Below are positions 51,530 through 60,963 of a DNA stretch of 64,000 nucleotides, piece after piece. The notes under the pieces are model-generated. The model was not told the DNA's origin and did no database searches. It worked only from the letters and a program-made list of their open reading frames with translations. This stretch comes from an uncultured Candidatus Kuenenia sp. (GTDB taxonomy: Bacteria > Planctomycetota > Planctomycetia > Pirellulales > UBA1268). Made by a program: the position numbers and the translations under genes. The number at the start of each line of letters is the position of its first letter. Position 1 is the first letter of the stretch. The stretch lies in NCBI GenBank assembly GCA_964453165.1, contig CAYVNX010000001.1:27284-91283 (forward strand), in the 5' to 3' direction.

Positions 51530-52063
51530 ATGCGACTCGTTCCGGAACAGTCTCTGCTCTGCGTCATCGATGTCCAGGAGCGACTCCTGGCGGTGATACC
51601 CGATTCCGCTCAGGTGGTGGGGCGGTGTATCCGGCTGGCCGAGGCCGCCCGGCTCTTGGGAGTCCGCTGCGTGCTCACGGAGCAGTATCCACGTGGCCTG
51701 GGGTCGACCGCCCCAGGCCTGGCCGCGATGCTGCCGAGCATCCCAGAGAAACTGTCCTTCAGTTGTGTCGGCTGTGAAGCATTCGATGCCGCGGTTGCGT
51801 CAGGAGTAACTGCCGTCGTAGTGGCCGGCCTCGAAACCCACGTTTGCGTGGCCCAGACGGCGCTCGACCTGGTGGCGGCTGGACGCCGGGTGTATCTGGT
51901 CGTGGATGCGGTCGCCTCACGGCATGCCATCGATCACGAGACGGCCCTCCGGCGGCTGGAGGCAGCCGGTGTCGTGCTGGTCACAAGCGAGGCCGTCCTC
52001 TTCGAATGGTGCCGCACGGCCGCGCATCCGCAGTTTCAGGCGATCCGCCAACTGGTCCGCTGA
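51530..52063 (+). CDS. Isochorismatase-family hydrolase
   Basis: LLCVIDVQE, VVVAGLETHVCVAQTALDL (catalytic Cys context), 177 aa. Confidence 0.75.
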   Translation: MRLVPEQSLLCVIDVQERLLAVIPDSAQVVGRCIRLAEAARLLGVRCVLTEQYPRGLGSTAPGLAAMLPSIPEKLSFSCVGCEAFDAAVASGVTAVVVAGLETHVCVAQTALDLVAAGRRVYLVVDAVASRHAIDHETALRRLEAAGVVLVTSEAVLFEWCRTAAHPQFQAIRQLVR

Positions 52064-52081
52064 TTGCCCGGGTCGACGGCG

Positions 52082-52981
52082 TCACGGCCCTGGAGCCGGA
52101 ATCGGTGCCCCGGCACCCGATTCCGGCAACTCAGGGTCCGCGAGTGTGAGGTCCACGAGCGCTGCGGTCGTTTCCGACGCGGCCGCAAGACCGCGAAGCC
52201 GGGCCACCTTCATCGCCGCGGTCGGTTCGCCGGCGAGTTCCTGACCGGGCGCCGAGCCAAACCGAATCAGGCGGTCCCCGGGGCCGAGCAGTTCCCAGGG
52301 GCGGGGCGGCCTGTCGAAGGCCGACGGACGGCATTCCACGAGGCCCAGTGGTCCCCACTCGGGGCCGATCACAGCCGCGATCGCGGCCCCCTCCTCGACC
52401 CGAGGGTCGCCCCAGGCAAAGCCGGCGGCACCCCGCGGTCCCGACTCGATGCCCGTAATCTTGGGATAGCGGGCAGCCGACTCCGCGGTGAAATCCTCGC
52501 TCGGCAGCACGATGCCCTCTGCATCGACGGCGAGCAGGCCTCCGGGCACGCTCACCATGGCCACCGGCTCGCGGCAGCGAATCTCGACGCGGGCCGCGGC
52601 TGGGTGTCGGAGGGACACGCTCACGACCTCCCGAACCCAGGGATGGATGGCGAAGGCGCGGGCCAGCCGCCGGGCCAACTCGGGGTCGTCAAGCGGGAGG
52701 CCGCCGTCGAGGCTCGCATCCCGCAGCGCCTCCGCCTTCAGGTCGCCACGAATCCATTCCGCCTTGCCGAGAAGCTCGACGTTTCCGGGGAGCACGATGC
52801 TGGTGCGATCGGTGGAAACCGGCGACCGGGTCATGAGAATCCAGCCACCCGCGACGGCCGCCGCGATCACGGCCACAGCCCCCAGCCCGGCGGCATGGTC
52901 GCGGGCGAATGCCAGCGCACCCGAAGGGGGTGTCGGGGGCGCGGCCGGCGGCGGTTGCTTCGAGTCGCGGAACGGCTTCAT
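52082..52981 (-). CDS. FtsQ/DivIB-like cell-division protein (TM plus POTRA)
   Basis: Single TM GLGAVAVIAAAVAGGWILM. POTRA-like IVLPGNVELLGKAEWIRGDL...IHPWVREVVSVSLRHPAAARVEIRCREPVAMV...LLAVDAEGIVLP. Located directly downstream of murB. Confidence 0.6.
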   Translation of the reverse strand: MKPFRDSKQPPPAAPPTPPSGALAFARDHAAGLGAVAVIAAAVAGGWILMTRSPVSTDRTSIVLPGNVELLGKAEWIRGDLKAEALRDASLDGGLPLDDPELARRLARAFAIHPWVREVVSVSLRHPAAARVEIRCREPVAMVSVPGGLLAVDAEGIVLPSEDFTAESAARYPKITGIESGPRGAAGFAWGDPRVEEGAAIAAVIGPEWGPLGLVECRPSAFDRPPRPWELLGPGDRLIRFGSAPGQELAGEPTAAMKVARLRGLAAASETTAALVDLTLADPELPESGAGAPIPAPGP

Positions 52982-52996
52982 GGCACCCCAGGCCTG

Positions 52997-53917
52997 CTAC
53001 CACACCTGGATCAGAGGCGTCAGTTCCACGCCCAAGCGCTGGCGAACGCGATCTCGCACCAGTTCCACGAGCCGCCGCACGTCGTCGGCGGAGCAGCCCG
53101 GGCCCGCCACCACGTAGTTGGCATGGGGCGGATGAACCGCCGCCTCTCCCGCTCGCAGGTCGCGGCCACCGGCCTGTTCGATCATGGCCTCGGCGGTTGT
53201 ACCGAGCGGATCCTTGAACATCATCGCCACGCTGCGGGTGCCACTCGGCTGCCCGCCTCGGCCCACGATCCATTGCTTCTGCATCCGCTTGGTAAGCAGA
53301 CCGGGATCCTCCACGTCGAGTTCGAAGCAGCAGCCGATCACGAGGCAATCGTCGAGGTTGCTCCACCGCGACTCGAAGGCGAGCTTGGGGCGGCCGCGGA
53401 CTTCGACCGTGCCGTCGGCCCGCATCACGGTGACCTCCCGCACGCGTTGGCCGATATCGCCACCGTGACCCCCGGCGTTGCCCACGACCGCGCCCCCGAC
53501 CGTGCCAGGGATGTCGACGAGCATCTCGAGCCCGGCCAAGCCGGCCTGAACGGCCGCCGAGACGACGTGGACGAGTTTGGCCCCGGCCCCGGCCCGAATC
53601 ACCGGCTGCTCAACCGAAATCCCACAGAATGCCGGAGCCGAAAGCCTGATCACCATGCCGGGGAAGCCGACGCTCGGTACCAGCACATTCGATCCGCCCC
53701 CGATCACCCGCACCGGGATCGAGCGCTCGTGGCACCGCCGGACGACGCGGGCCAGGGCCTCGACATCGACGGGCTCGCAGAACCAGGCGGCCTCACCGCC
53801 GATTCCCAGCCAGGTATGGTGGGCCAGCGGCTCGCCCCGCGATACCGCCACCCCGAGTTCGTCGAACGAGGCGGCCTCCGCCTCACCGTCCACCTTGCTT
53901 TCCGCGCGTTTCGTCAT
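52997..53917 (-). CDS. murB: UDP-N-acetylenolpyruvoylglucosamine reductase
   Basis: From ATG 53917 (MTKRAES...): HTWLGIGGEAAWF, VIGGGSNVLV, MFKDP, HANYVV. Confidence 0.9.
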   Translation of the reverse strand: MTKRAESKVDGEAEAASFDELGVAVSRGEPLAHHTWLGIGGEAAWFCEPVDVEALARVVRRCHERSIPVRVIGGGSNVLVPSVGFPGMVIRLSAPAFCGISVEQPVIRAGAGAKLVHVVSAAVQAGLAGLEMLVDIPGTVGGAVVGNAGGHGGDIGQRVREVTVMRADGTVEVRGRPKLAFESRWSNLDDCLVIGCCFELDVEDPGLLTKRMQKQWIVGRGGQPSGTRSVAMMFKDPLGTTAEAMIEQAGGRDLRAGEAAVHPPHANYVVAGPGCSADDVRRLVELVRDRVRQRLGVELTPLIQVW

Positions 53918-54070
53918 GACCACCCTTCGCCCTTGTGCCGCCCGTGATCCTGTCCTCCGCCCACCGCAGCCGGAACCACCATCGGCCCGCAGCGAGGCAC
54001 CGCAGGATTGTGGCGGATCGCGGTTGGGCTCGTCCACGCCGAATCGCCCGCACTCGTTCCGGGGCTCGAC

Positions 54071-55588
54071 TCAGGCGGCCCGGCGAGTCGCGGCCAACGG
54101 GGAGGCCGTGGCCAGTTGCAACCAGCCGTCCACGAGCATCGCCAGGGGAAAGCGGCCGGCGGGAGGCAGCGGGCCGCGGCTCCTGGCAGGCAGGCCGCCG
54201 AGGGCGAGGAGACAGTCGTCGGGCCCCAGCGATTCCAGCAGTCGGTCGATCCGGGCGTAGGCCTCGAGCTCCTCGTGCCCGGCATCGTCGTCGAGCACGC
54301 CGACCGGCGCGACCACGCAGGCATCGCAGTGGCGGGCCACGAGCGGGCCGAAGCGGCCGCCACCAAGCCGGGCCACCGTCGTCTCCTCTGCGATGACCGC
54401 CAGCCGGCCCCGGGTGAGCCGCCGGAGGCTCGCGAGCGTGGCGGCCAAGGCGTGGCCGCTGGTCGGCGTGTCGAGAAAGATCGGCGTGTCCTGACCTCGG
54501 TCGAGCCGCTCTGCCCGTCCAGGCACGCAGCCTGCGACTTCGAGCCCGCGGACGGCCGTGGCTAGAGGAATGCGGTAGCGGGCGCCGACCGCGATCGCCA
54601 AGAGGCTGTCTCGCACAAAGGGCACGACGGGCGTTTCGAGCGCGACCGGCATCGTCTGGCCACCATACGAGACGAGGACGGTGCGGCCGAGGAGGCTCTG
54701 GTCGACCGGCGTGGCCGTCACATCGGCTCCCTCCGCGAGGCCGGCCCGGATGCACGAGGCGGTGGCCGGCAGGCGTCGCTGCAGCAGGGCCAGTTGTTCG
54801 GCTTCAACGCCGCTGACGAGGCAGCCATCTGCCGCAAGCGCGGCGACCGCCCGGGCCTTGACGGCATGGTAGGCCCGCTTCGTGCCATGGGCATCGAGAT
54901 GGGCGACGCCGAGATTCGTGACCACCACGGTGTCAAAGCAGACGCCCGCCAAGGCGTGCTCTGCCAGCATCCTGCTCGACACCTCGATCACCGCGTGGGT
55001 GCAACCACTGGCCTTCAGCTGGACGAGCCACGCAGCCAGTTCTTCGGGCCGGGTGCAGTCACCGGGGCAGGGGAGGGGATCGTCGGGTCCGAGGCAGCCG
55101 AGATCCGAGATCACGCCGACCCGCAGGCCGGCCTCGGCCAGGACGGCTGCGGTGAGCCACGCGGTCGTGGTTTTGCCGCTCGTGCCGGTGACGACGATCA
55201 CCCGCATGCCGACCGACGGATGGCCCGCGAGCGCCTGCCCAAGGCGGGCAAAGGCCTCGTTGCTGTCCGGCACCACCGCCAAGGGCACGCCGTCGGTGGG
55301 CACGATCCGCTCTGCAACCACGCCCGCCGCGCCCCGCGCGATTGCCCGGCTCACGTGCTCGTGACCGTCGACGGCCAGCGTGCTCCGGGCGACGAACAGG
55401 TCACCTGGCTGGCAGCGTTCGGCGTCATCCTGCACCACGGTGGCCAGAATGTCGTCACAGGCGAAGAACGTGACCTGCTGCAGAGCCTGAGAGAGTGCCA
55501 CCGGCTGCCGAGGGGGCAGACACTCGGATCCGAGTCGAATGCGGGAACCGGTCGGTGGGGTCTTCCGGGACGAGGGTTTCCGAGCCAT
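54071..55588 (-). CDS. Mur ligase family protein, MurE-like with a divergent C-terminal domain
   Basis: PGDLFVARSTLAVDGHEHVSRAIARGAAGVVAE (MurE-type N-terminus), VTGTSGKTTT P-loop, IEVSSRMLAEHALAGVCFDTVVVTNLGVAHLDAHGT..AY...KA. The usual C-terminal DNPR motif is not seen. Confidence 0.75.
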   Translation of the reverse strand: MARKPSSRKTPPTGSRIRLGSECLPPRQPVALSQALQQVTFFACDDILATVVQDDAERCQPGDLFVARSTLAVDGHEHVSRAIARGAAGVVAERIVPTDGVPLAVVPDSNEAFARLGQALAGHPSVGMRVIVVTGTSGKTTTAWLTAAVLAEAGLRVGVISDLGCLGPDDPLPCPGDCTRPEELAAWLVQLKASGCTHAVIEVSSRMLAEHALAGVCFDTVVVTNLGVAHLDAHGTKRAYHAVKARAVAALAADGCLVSGVEAEQLALLQRRLPATASCIRAGLAEGADVTATPVDQSLLGRTVLVSYGGQTMPVALETPVVPFVRDSLLAIAVGARYRIPLATAVRGLEVAGCVPGRAERLDRGQDTPIFLDTPTSGHALAATLASLRRLTRGRLAVIAEETTVARLGGGRFGPLVARHCDACVVAPVGVLDDDAGHEELEAYARIDRLLESLGPDDCLLALGGLPARSRGPLPPAGRFPLAMLVDGWLQLATASPLAATRRAA

Positions 55589-55746
55589 GACGGCCTCCTG
55601 CCATTCGGGTTCGCTCCCGGGCTGAACCCGGGAGCCGCTGATCGCTTTGCGAGGGTCATCCTTGACCGTCGCAACCGTCCGATTCTCAATGGACGCCGCG
55701 GGCGGTCAATCCCAAAGACCACGCGGGGCACACACACGGGTCGGCC

Positions 55747-55815
55747 GGGTTGCCACGACAGCCCAGGCAGCCCGGCTTGCCACACGAAACGGGCCCAGGC
55801 TAGGTTGCCATGCGG
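55747..55815. repeat. 2.5 tandem approx 27-nt repeats carrying TTGCCA in the murE-like/REC-like divergent intergenic region
   Basis: TTGCCA at 55750-55755, 55777-55782 and 55805-55810 (spacing 27 and 28 nt). The first two are each followed by gcccaggc (55761-55768, 55793-55800). Confidence 0.5.
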
Positions 55816-55836
55816 CTATACAGGTAAAATTTGGTT

Positions 55837-56727
55837 ATGCATCCCGTATCAGTGAGCCAGCCGGTTGCGTCGGGAGGCGGCTCGCCCGTTGAACGGCACC
55901 GTGTGCTCTGGATCGGGGCTGGAGTCGCTGGCGACCTCAGCATGGCTCGGATGCAAATTGCCGCGATTGCGGATGTGACTGACGCCCCGTCGCCACTGGA
56001 GGCCGCACGGAATCCACCGGCATGCTTCCGCGGTCGGACGCCCGCTGTCATCCTCCTCGCCTCAGCCACGCCGGCGACATGGAGCCGTGTCGATCTCGTC
56101 GCGCTGAAGATTGCCTGGCCACTTGCGCCGGTCGTGTCAGTGGCCTCGGGCCTGGTCGATGGACGACGCCGCAGCGGCCCTCCGCTGGCGGGCGTTGAAG
56201 AGGTGCCGTGGCACGACCTCGCCGGACGGCTGGCGTCGTGGCTGGCCGACCGTACCGCCGGGCGGCCGGGAACCCTCGGTCTTCCTGCCACCATCCGCCG
56301 CGAAGATCGATTTCTGGAGGGATCGCGGGTGCTGGCTGGCCCGCCGCCCCGCGTGGCGGTGGCGGCCCGTGGAGCCCTCGACCTCGAAGCGGTCACCGAC
56401 CTGGTTTCCGCGGCCGGAGGTAGCGTGATCGACCTGGCCCGTGGGCGGCCTCGCCTCACGGTCGCCGCCGATGTCATCCTCTGGGACATCGCCACGCCGG
56501 ACGACGCGGATGTTCCATGGCTGCGGATGCTCGTGGCCCAGCGGCCCCAGCGTCGGGTCATCGTGCTCGAGTCGTTTCCCCGCGTCGATCGAGTGGCCGC
56601 CCTGGTCAGGGCGGGAGCGAGCGGCGTGCTGGGCCGGCCCGGGTCGGCCGAAGCGGTCGCGGGCCTCCTTCTCCAGCCCACCGGATTTGGCGGAATCGGG
56701 CTTGGTTCGCCAGTCACCGCGCCCTAG
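55837..56727 (+). CDS. Protein with two degenerate receiver (REC)-like halves, no output domain (start uncertain)
   Basis: The second half, DVILWDIATPDDADVPWLRMLVAQRPQRRVIVLESFPRVDRVAALVRAGASGVLGRP, follows the REC pattern (D at the acceptor position, GA.G.L.[KR]P). The first half, AVILLASATP...APVVSVAS, lacks the acceptor Asp. Confidence 0.45.
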   Translation: MHPVSVSQPVASGGGSPVERHRVLWIGAGVAGDLSMARMQIAAIADVTDAPSPLEAARNPPACFRGRTPAVILLASATPATWSRVDLVALKIAWPLAPVVSVASGLVDGRRRSGPPLAGVEEVPWHDLAGRLASWLADRTAGRPGTLGLPATIRREDRFLEGSRVLAGPPPRVAVAARGALDLEAVTDLVSAAGGSVIDLARGRPRLTVAADVILWDIATPDDADVPWLRMLVAQRPQRRVIVLESFPRVDRVAALVRAGASGVLGRPGSAEAVAGLLLQPTGFGGIGLGSPVTAP

Positions 56728-56789
56728 CATCCCCACCCTCGGGCCGGGTCGCCGCTGGGGCGGACCGTCGGACGAGACGGAGGTAGGTT

Positions 56790-57653
56790 GTGGCACAGCC
56801 CGGATGGATCCGCAGCGTTGCGGCAGTGGCCTTGGCCTGCGGAGGCTGCGCGCACGTGGCTTCGGCTCCCGAGTGGACGGCCTCGCCCATGGCGCTCTTT
56901 CGCGGCCAGGGCCTCGACGCTGCCGACCTGCCACGCCGAGCGGAACTGGTCGTCGGACAGCTCGTGATCCGTGCCGACTTTCCTCTGGCGGGCCAGCACC
57001 GACTCGTGCGGGATCTCGAGGCGATGCGGGTCGACGTGAGCCAGGAACTCGGCCTGCCGATCTCGGATGAACCCGTCCATCTCTATCTGTTCGAGAACAC
57101 GGCGCGCTATGACGCCTTCGTGGCGGCCCGGTTTCCCGGCTTTCCGGCCCGGCGGGCGTTCTTCGTCGAGACCGACACCACGCTCGCCGTGTTCGCTGCC
57201 TGGCAGGATCGGATTGCCGAAGACCTGCGTCATGAGACGACGCACGGCTACGTGCATGCGGTGGTGCCGACCGTTCCCCTGTGGCTCGACGAGGGCATCG
57301 CCGAGTACTTCGAGGTGCCGCGGGCAAACCGCGGCCTCCATCCGGCGCACCTCGCCCATCTCGCCGGCCGCATGCTCGAGGGAACCTGGCGACCCGACAT
57401 GGCCCGCCTCGAGGCGCTCGAGTCGGCGGGTGAGATGTCGCAGGATCACTACGCCGAGGCCTGGTGTTGGGTGCACTGGCTGCTCTGCACCACGCCCGAA
57501 CGGCGGGCCTTGCTGCAGGACTATCTCGCCGGGGTGCGGCGCGACGTGACAGCGGCCCCACTCTCGGCCCGACTGCGACTCGTGTCCGGGGATCCCGCCG
57601 GCGAACTCACCGAGTATGTCGCGAGCCTCGCGTCGCTCGACAGCCCGCCGTGA
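56790..57653 (+). CDS. DUF1570-like putative secreted/lipoprotein metallopeptidase (HExxH)
   Basis: GGAGG 5 nt upstream of GTG 56790. Signal-like VAAVALACGGCA. LRHETTHGYVHAV (HExxH) and LWLDEGIAEYFE are typical of DUF1570-type proteins of planctomycetes as I recall them. Confidence 0.6.
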   Translation: MAQPGWIRSVAAVALACGGCAHVASAPEWTASPMALFRGQGLDAADLPRRAELVVGQLVIRADFPLAGQHRLVRDLEAMRVDVSQELGLPISDEPVHLYLFENTARYDAFVAARFPGFPARRAFFVETDTTLAVFAAWQDRIAEDLRHETTHGYVHAVVPTVPLWLDEGIAEYFEVPRANRGLHPAHLAHLAGRMLEGTWRPDMARLEALESAGEMSQDHYAEAWCWVHWLLCTTPERRALLQDYLAGVRRDVTAAPLSARLRLVSGDPAGELTEYVASLASLDSPP

Positions 57654-57687
57654 GCCGGCTCCGAATCGGTGGACATCCTGCCGGTGG

Positions 57688-58647
57688 TCAGCCCGAACGG
57701 TGGAAAACGACGCCGTGATCGGTGGCCTTGAAACCGAGCTTGTCGAACAGGCTCAGGGCGGCGGCGTTGCCTTCGGTCACGTGGGCCTCGACCAGCGTGG
57801 TCCCCTCCTGGGCGAGGTCGTGGAGCGCCTCGGCGACGAGGTAGTTCGCCAGCCCCTGCCGCCGCCGGGCCCCCTCGATGTCGATGCGAATCAGCCCGGC
57901 CATCGCCAGGCCCCAGGAAGCGGCCAAGGGTTGCACATCCCAGAAGGAGCCGCTTCCCAGCAGGGCGTCCGCCTCGCCGCGGAGCTCGTAGCGCCGTAGC
58001 GCGATGCCGGTCGTCGTCGCCGCCTCCCACCAACTGCGGCGGGCCGGCTCGTCGATCGCCCGCAGCGTCGTCGCCCTGCGGATGGCCAGCTGGAGCCGGT
58101 TGACGGGCGGACGAAACCCGGTCAGCGGCCGCCGTAGCACCGCGATGCGACGGTCCGCTGTGTACCCGGCTCGGTGAAACACCGCCTGCATGCCGGGCGA
58201 GGATTCGAGAATGCCCGGCAGATCGCTGCCCCCGTAGAGCCCAAGATAGAAGCCCCCGAGATCGGGCGTGCCGCCGCCGAGCATCGTCGTGGCCCCGCGG
58301 CTGCGGAGATACTCTTCGCAGCGGGCGAGCAGCCCGTCCTCGATCTCGTGCTGGCGTGCGTGGGGTGGCACGACGACCAGCAGAGTGGTGCCGACGCGGT
58401 GGTCGATGGCCGATCGATCCTCGGTGGGGCCAAAGCCGGCGTGGGCGAATCCGAGCAGGCGATCGCCCGCACGGGCGACGATCAGCCCGTGGCGATCGAA
58501 GTACGGCTTGGAGAAGACCGCCGCTTCGAGGGCGGCGGATGTCATCGGCTGGAGGGCGGCGGGGCCGAGGTCGGTGGCCCGCCAGGCATCGGCCAGCCGG
58601 GGCGGGTCGTCGTTGCGGAAGCAGTCGAAGCAGATCGTGTCAGTCAT
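57688..58647 (-). CDS. GNAT-family N-acetyltransferase (two GNAT-like halves)
   Basis: C-terminal half IDIEGARRRQGLANYLVAEAL...GNAAALSLFDKLGFK (acetyl-CoA-binding R/Q-x-x-G-x-A motif). Confidence 0.7.
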   Translation of the reverse strand: MTDTICFDCFRNDDPPRLADAWRATDLGPAALQPMTSAALEAAVFSKPYFDRHGLIVARAGDRLLGFAHAGFGPTEDRSAIDHRVGTTLLVVVPPHARQHEIEDGLLARCEEYLRSRGATTMLGGGTPDLGGFYLGLYGGSDLPGILESSPGMQAVFHRAGYTADRRIAVLRRPLTGFRPPVNRLQLAIRRATTLRAIDEPARRSWWEAATTTGIALRRYELRGEADALLGSGSFWDVQPLAASWGLAMAGLIRIDIEGARRRQGLANYLVAEALHDLAQEGTTLVEAHVTEGNAAALSLFDKLGFKATDHGVVFHRSG

Positions 58648-58982
58648 GCTTCCGCCGCGGATGATCCGGAAATGGCCGTCACCCGCACCTCCACGGTGCC
58701 CTCCCGCTCGCGAACCTCAAACACCTCCTGGCGGACGTTGGCCGACGATTGATGGCGACCGGTCGCTACGTCGAACTGCCAGCCGTGCCAGGGGCAGGTG
58801 AGCACCGCGCCGCAGAGACCGCCGGTGCCGAGCGGGCCGCCCTGATGCGGACAGAGGCCGTCGATGGCATGGAAAGTGCCACCGACGTTGGCCAGGGCCA
58901 CGATCCGTTCGCCGGCAACCCGTTCGATGCTTTGCCCTGGCGGGCACTCCGTGGCCCGGGCGATCGGGATCCAGTCGGCCAT
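58644..58982 (-). CDS. Small Rieske [2Fe-2S] ferredoxin-like protein
   Basis: 112 aa from ATG 58982. CPHQGGPL ... CPWHGWQF (CxH / CxxH). The stop overlaps the GNAT start by 4 nt. Confidence 0.8.
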   Translation of the reverse strand: MADWIPIARATECPPGQSIERVAGERIVALANVGGTFHAIDGLCPHQGGPLGTGGLCGAVLTCPWHGWQFDVATGRHQSSANVRQEVFEVREREGTVEVRVTAISGSSAAEA

Positions 58983-59028
58983 GGGGAAGCAGCAGGCGGT
59001 GAACGGGGCAGGAGCCGACGGGCGGTCC

Positions 59029-59973
59029 TCACGCCGCCGGCCTCGACACTCTAGTCTTTCGCGGCGGAGACCGCCATCGGCGATGGACCCACCAATACTG
59101 CCCCGGCTCCCGCCGGATCGCGTTTTCCAGAATCGTCGTATACCACTGCGAGAGCGAATGCAGGTCGCCAGTTTCCGGCGTGCCATCGGCCGGATCGGCC
59201 ACCCCCTCGAGCCGGAGGTCGAAGTCGAAGAGACCCCCGCGACGGGTGGCCGAGCAGACGAGCACGGGCGCCGAGGCGGACAGCGCGAACACACCGATGG
59301 CTTTGTGGACGCTCGCTGGGCGGCCGAAGAAATCCACCCAGCAGCCCTTGGGGCCGGCCGACTGGTCGCCCAACAGGCCGATAGCTCCGTTCTCCTCCAG
59401 CACGAGCGCGACGTCGGGCGCGCTCCCCTTCTTGGGGAGGATGATCTGCCCGCGGGACTCGCGAAACCGGGTCACGAATCGGTCGAGCAGCGGGTTGTCG
59501 AGTTCCCTCGCCACGGAGAAGATCCGCAGGCCGAACAGGCCGAACAGGTAGGCAGCCAGTTCGAAATTGCCGTAGTGGCCGGAGAGGATCACCTTGGGGC
59601 GGTCGAGCCAGAAGAGGCGAACCATCTCCTCCATGCCGTGGATCCGCAGATGCTGCCGCCAGTTGGTCTTGTGAATCACCCGGTTGGCGTGGGCGATTTC
59701 CACGACCATCAAGAGCAGGTGCTCCCACATCGCCCGGGCAGTCTCGCGCTGCTCTGCGGCCGTGATCTCGGGAAACGCGGTACGGAGATTCTCCCGCACC
59801 ACGCCCCGGCGGATCCGCAGCCGGTTGGCGAGGACATGCGAGAGGCCGCGGGCCCACCGCTCGCAGGTGCCCCGAGGCAGTGCCTGCACGAAGCAGATCG
59901 CGACCCGAACGGCGACGTAGGCGGCGAGGTCAGTCAGCCGGGTGACGAGCGGGCGGGACACGGCAGCGGACAT
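59029..59973 (-). CDS. LpxL/HtrB-like lysophospholipid (lipid A-type) acyltransferase
   Basis: From ATG 59973 (MSAAVSRPLV...). N-terminal TM; ILSGHYGNFELAA (HX4[D/E] acyltransferase motif); family-typical C-terminal QYWWVHRRWR. Confidence 0.7.
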   Translation of the reverse strand: MSAAVSRPLVTRLTDLAAYVAVRVAICFVQALPRGTCERWARGLSHVLANRLRIRRGVVRENLRTAFPEITAAEQRETARAMWEHLLLMVVEIAHANRVIHKTNWRQHLRIHGMEEMVRLFWLDRPKVILSGHYGNFELAAYLFGLFGLRIFSVARELDNPLLDRFVTRFRESRGQIILPKKGSAPDVALVLEENGAIGLLGDQSAGPKGCWVDFFGRPASVHKAIGVFALSASAPVLVCSATRRGGLFDFDLRLEGVADPADGTPETGDLHSLSQWYTTILENAIRREPGQYWWVHRRWRSPPRKTRVSRPAA

Positions 59974-60070
59974 CCTTGGGCTTTCGCGGGCCGCCTCCTG
60001 CAGCCTGCCGAGATTCTCGCCGGAGCCGCCCCCCTGGGCCAGACCGGTTTTCACCGGCTCGGCCGGGTTT

Positions 60071-60907
60071 TCAGCCGGCTGCGGGCACCGCGGCCGGGCC
60101 CGGATCCGCCAGCAGCAGGCCGACGCTCACGGCGTTGAAAAAGGCGTGGAGCAGGATGCAGGGAAGAATCGTTCCGGTACGGCTGGCCATGAAGCCGAGC
60201 ACGAGTCCCAGCGGCAGCAGCGGCAGGTAGGCGAGCCCCTGACCATGGTGGGCCAGCGCGAAGGCTGCCGATGAAACCAGGATGGCGGGGGCACCGCTGT
60301 CGGAGGGCAGGGCCTTGTCGAGCCAGCCGAGCAGGATGCGGCGGAAGAAGAGTTCCTCGGCGATCGGCGCGGCCACCACGGCGGCGATCACGACGGTCGC
60401 CACCGCCGCGAGGCTGCGGTTCTCCCCCAGCAGCGCCACGACCGGGTGTTCGTAGGTGACGACGGCGTTGAGGGCTGCGGCCAGGGCCAAGAGCGGGGCC
60501 AACACGAAGGCCCAGCCGGCGAGTGCGAGTTCGAGATCGCGCCGCGGCCGGACCGGCGCCAGCCCCAGGTCGGTGAGGTCGGCCCCGCGAAGCATCAGCC
60601 AGCCGATCGCGACCAGTGACACCGCCACGTTGATCACTGAATTGGCTGCGAGCATCGACTCAAGCATGGGGCTCTTGCCCAGCGCGGCCGACGCGAGCGT
60701 CGCCGCCGCGACGTAGGCGAGGACGACGACCGCCACATCAATGCCGCTCCAGGGAACAGGCCTCGTCGCCGCCTGGGGGATCAGCGGCAGCCCGGCCCGC
60801 AGCCGGCCCAGCAGCACCGCCACGACGGCCAGGAAGGCGGCCCCGGCACACCCGCCGGCAAGGCGGAGCCATTCGGGCACGGCGGCGAGAGAGTCGGAAA
60901 GGCTCAT
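60071..60907 (-). CDS. CPBP-family intramembrane glutamic endopeptidase (CAAX protease/Abi-like)
   Basis: From ATG 60907. Multiple TM helices; motifs PIAEELFFRR, FALAHH, LLHAFFN. Confidence 0.75.
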   Translation of the reverse strand: MSLSDSLAAVPEWLRLAGGCAGAAFLAVVAVLLGRLRAGLPLIPQAATRPVPWSGIDVAVVVLAYVAAATLASAALGKSPMLESMLAANSVINVAVSLVAIGWLMLRGADLTDLGLAPVRPRRDLELALAGWAFVLAPLLALAAALNAVVTYEHPVVALLGENRSLAAVATVVIAAVVAAPIAEELFFRRILLGWLDKALPSDSGAPAILVSSAAFALAHHGQGLAYLPLLPLGLVLGFMASRTGTILPCILLHAFFNAVSVGLLLADPGPAAVPAAG

Positions 60908-60963
60908 CGATATGGCGGGAGGCGAGGGCGGCGGCGAACGCCCGCGGATCGCTCCAGGCAACG

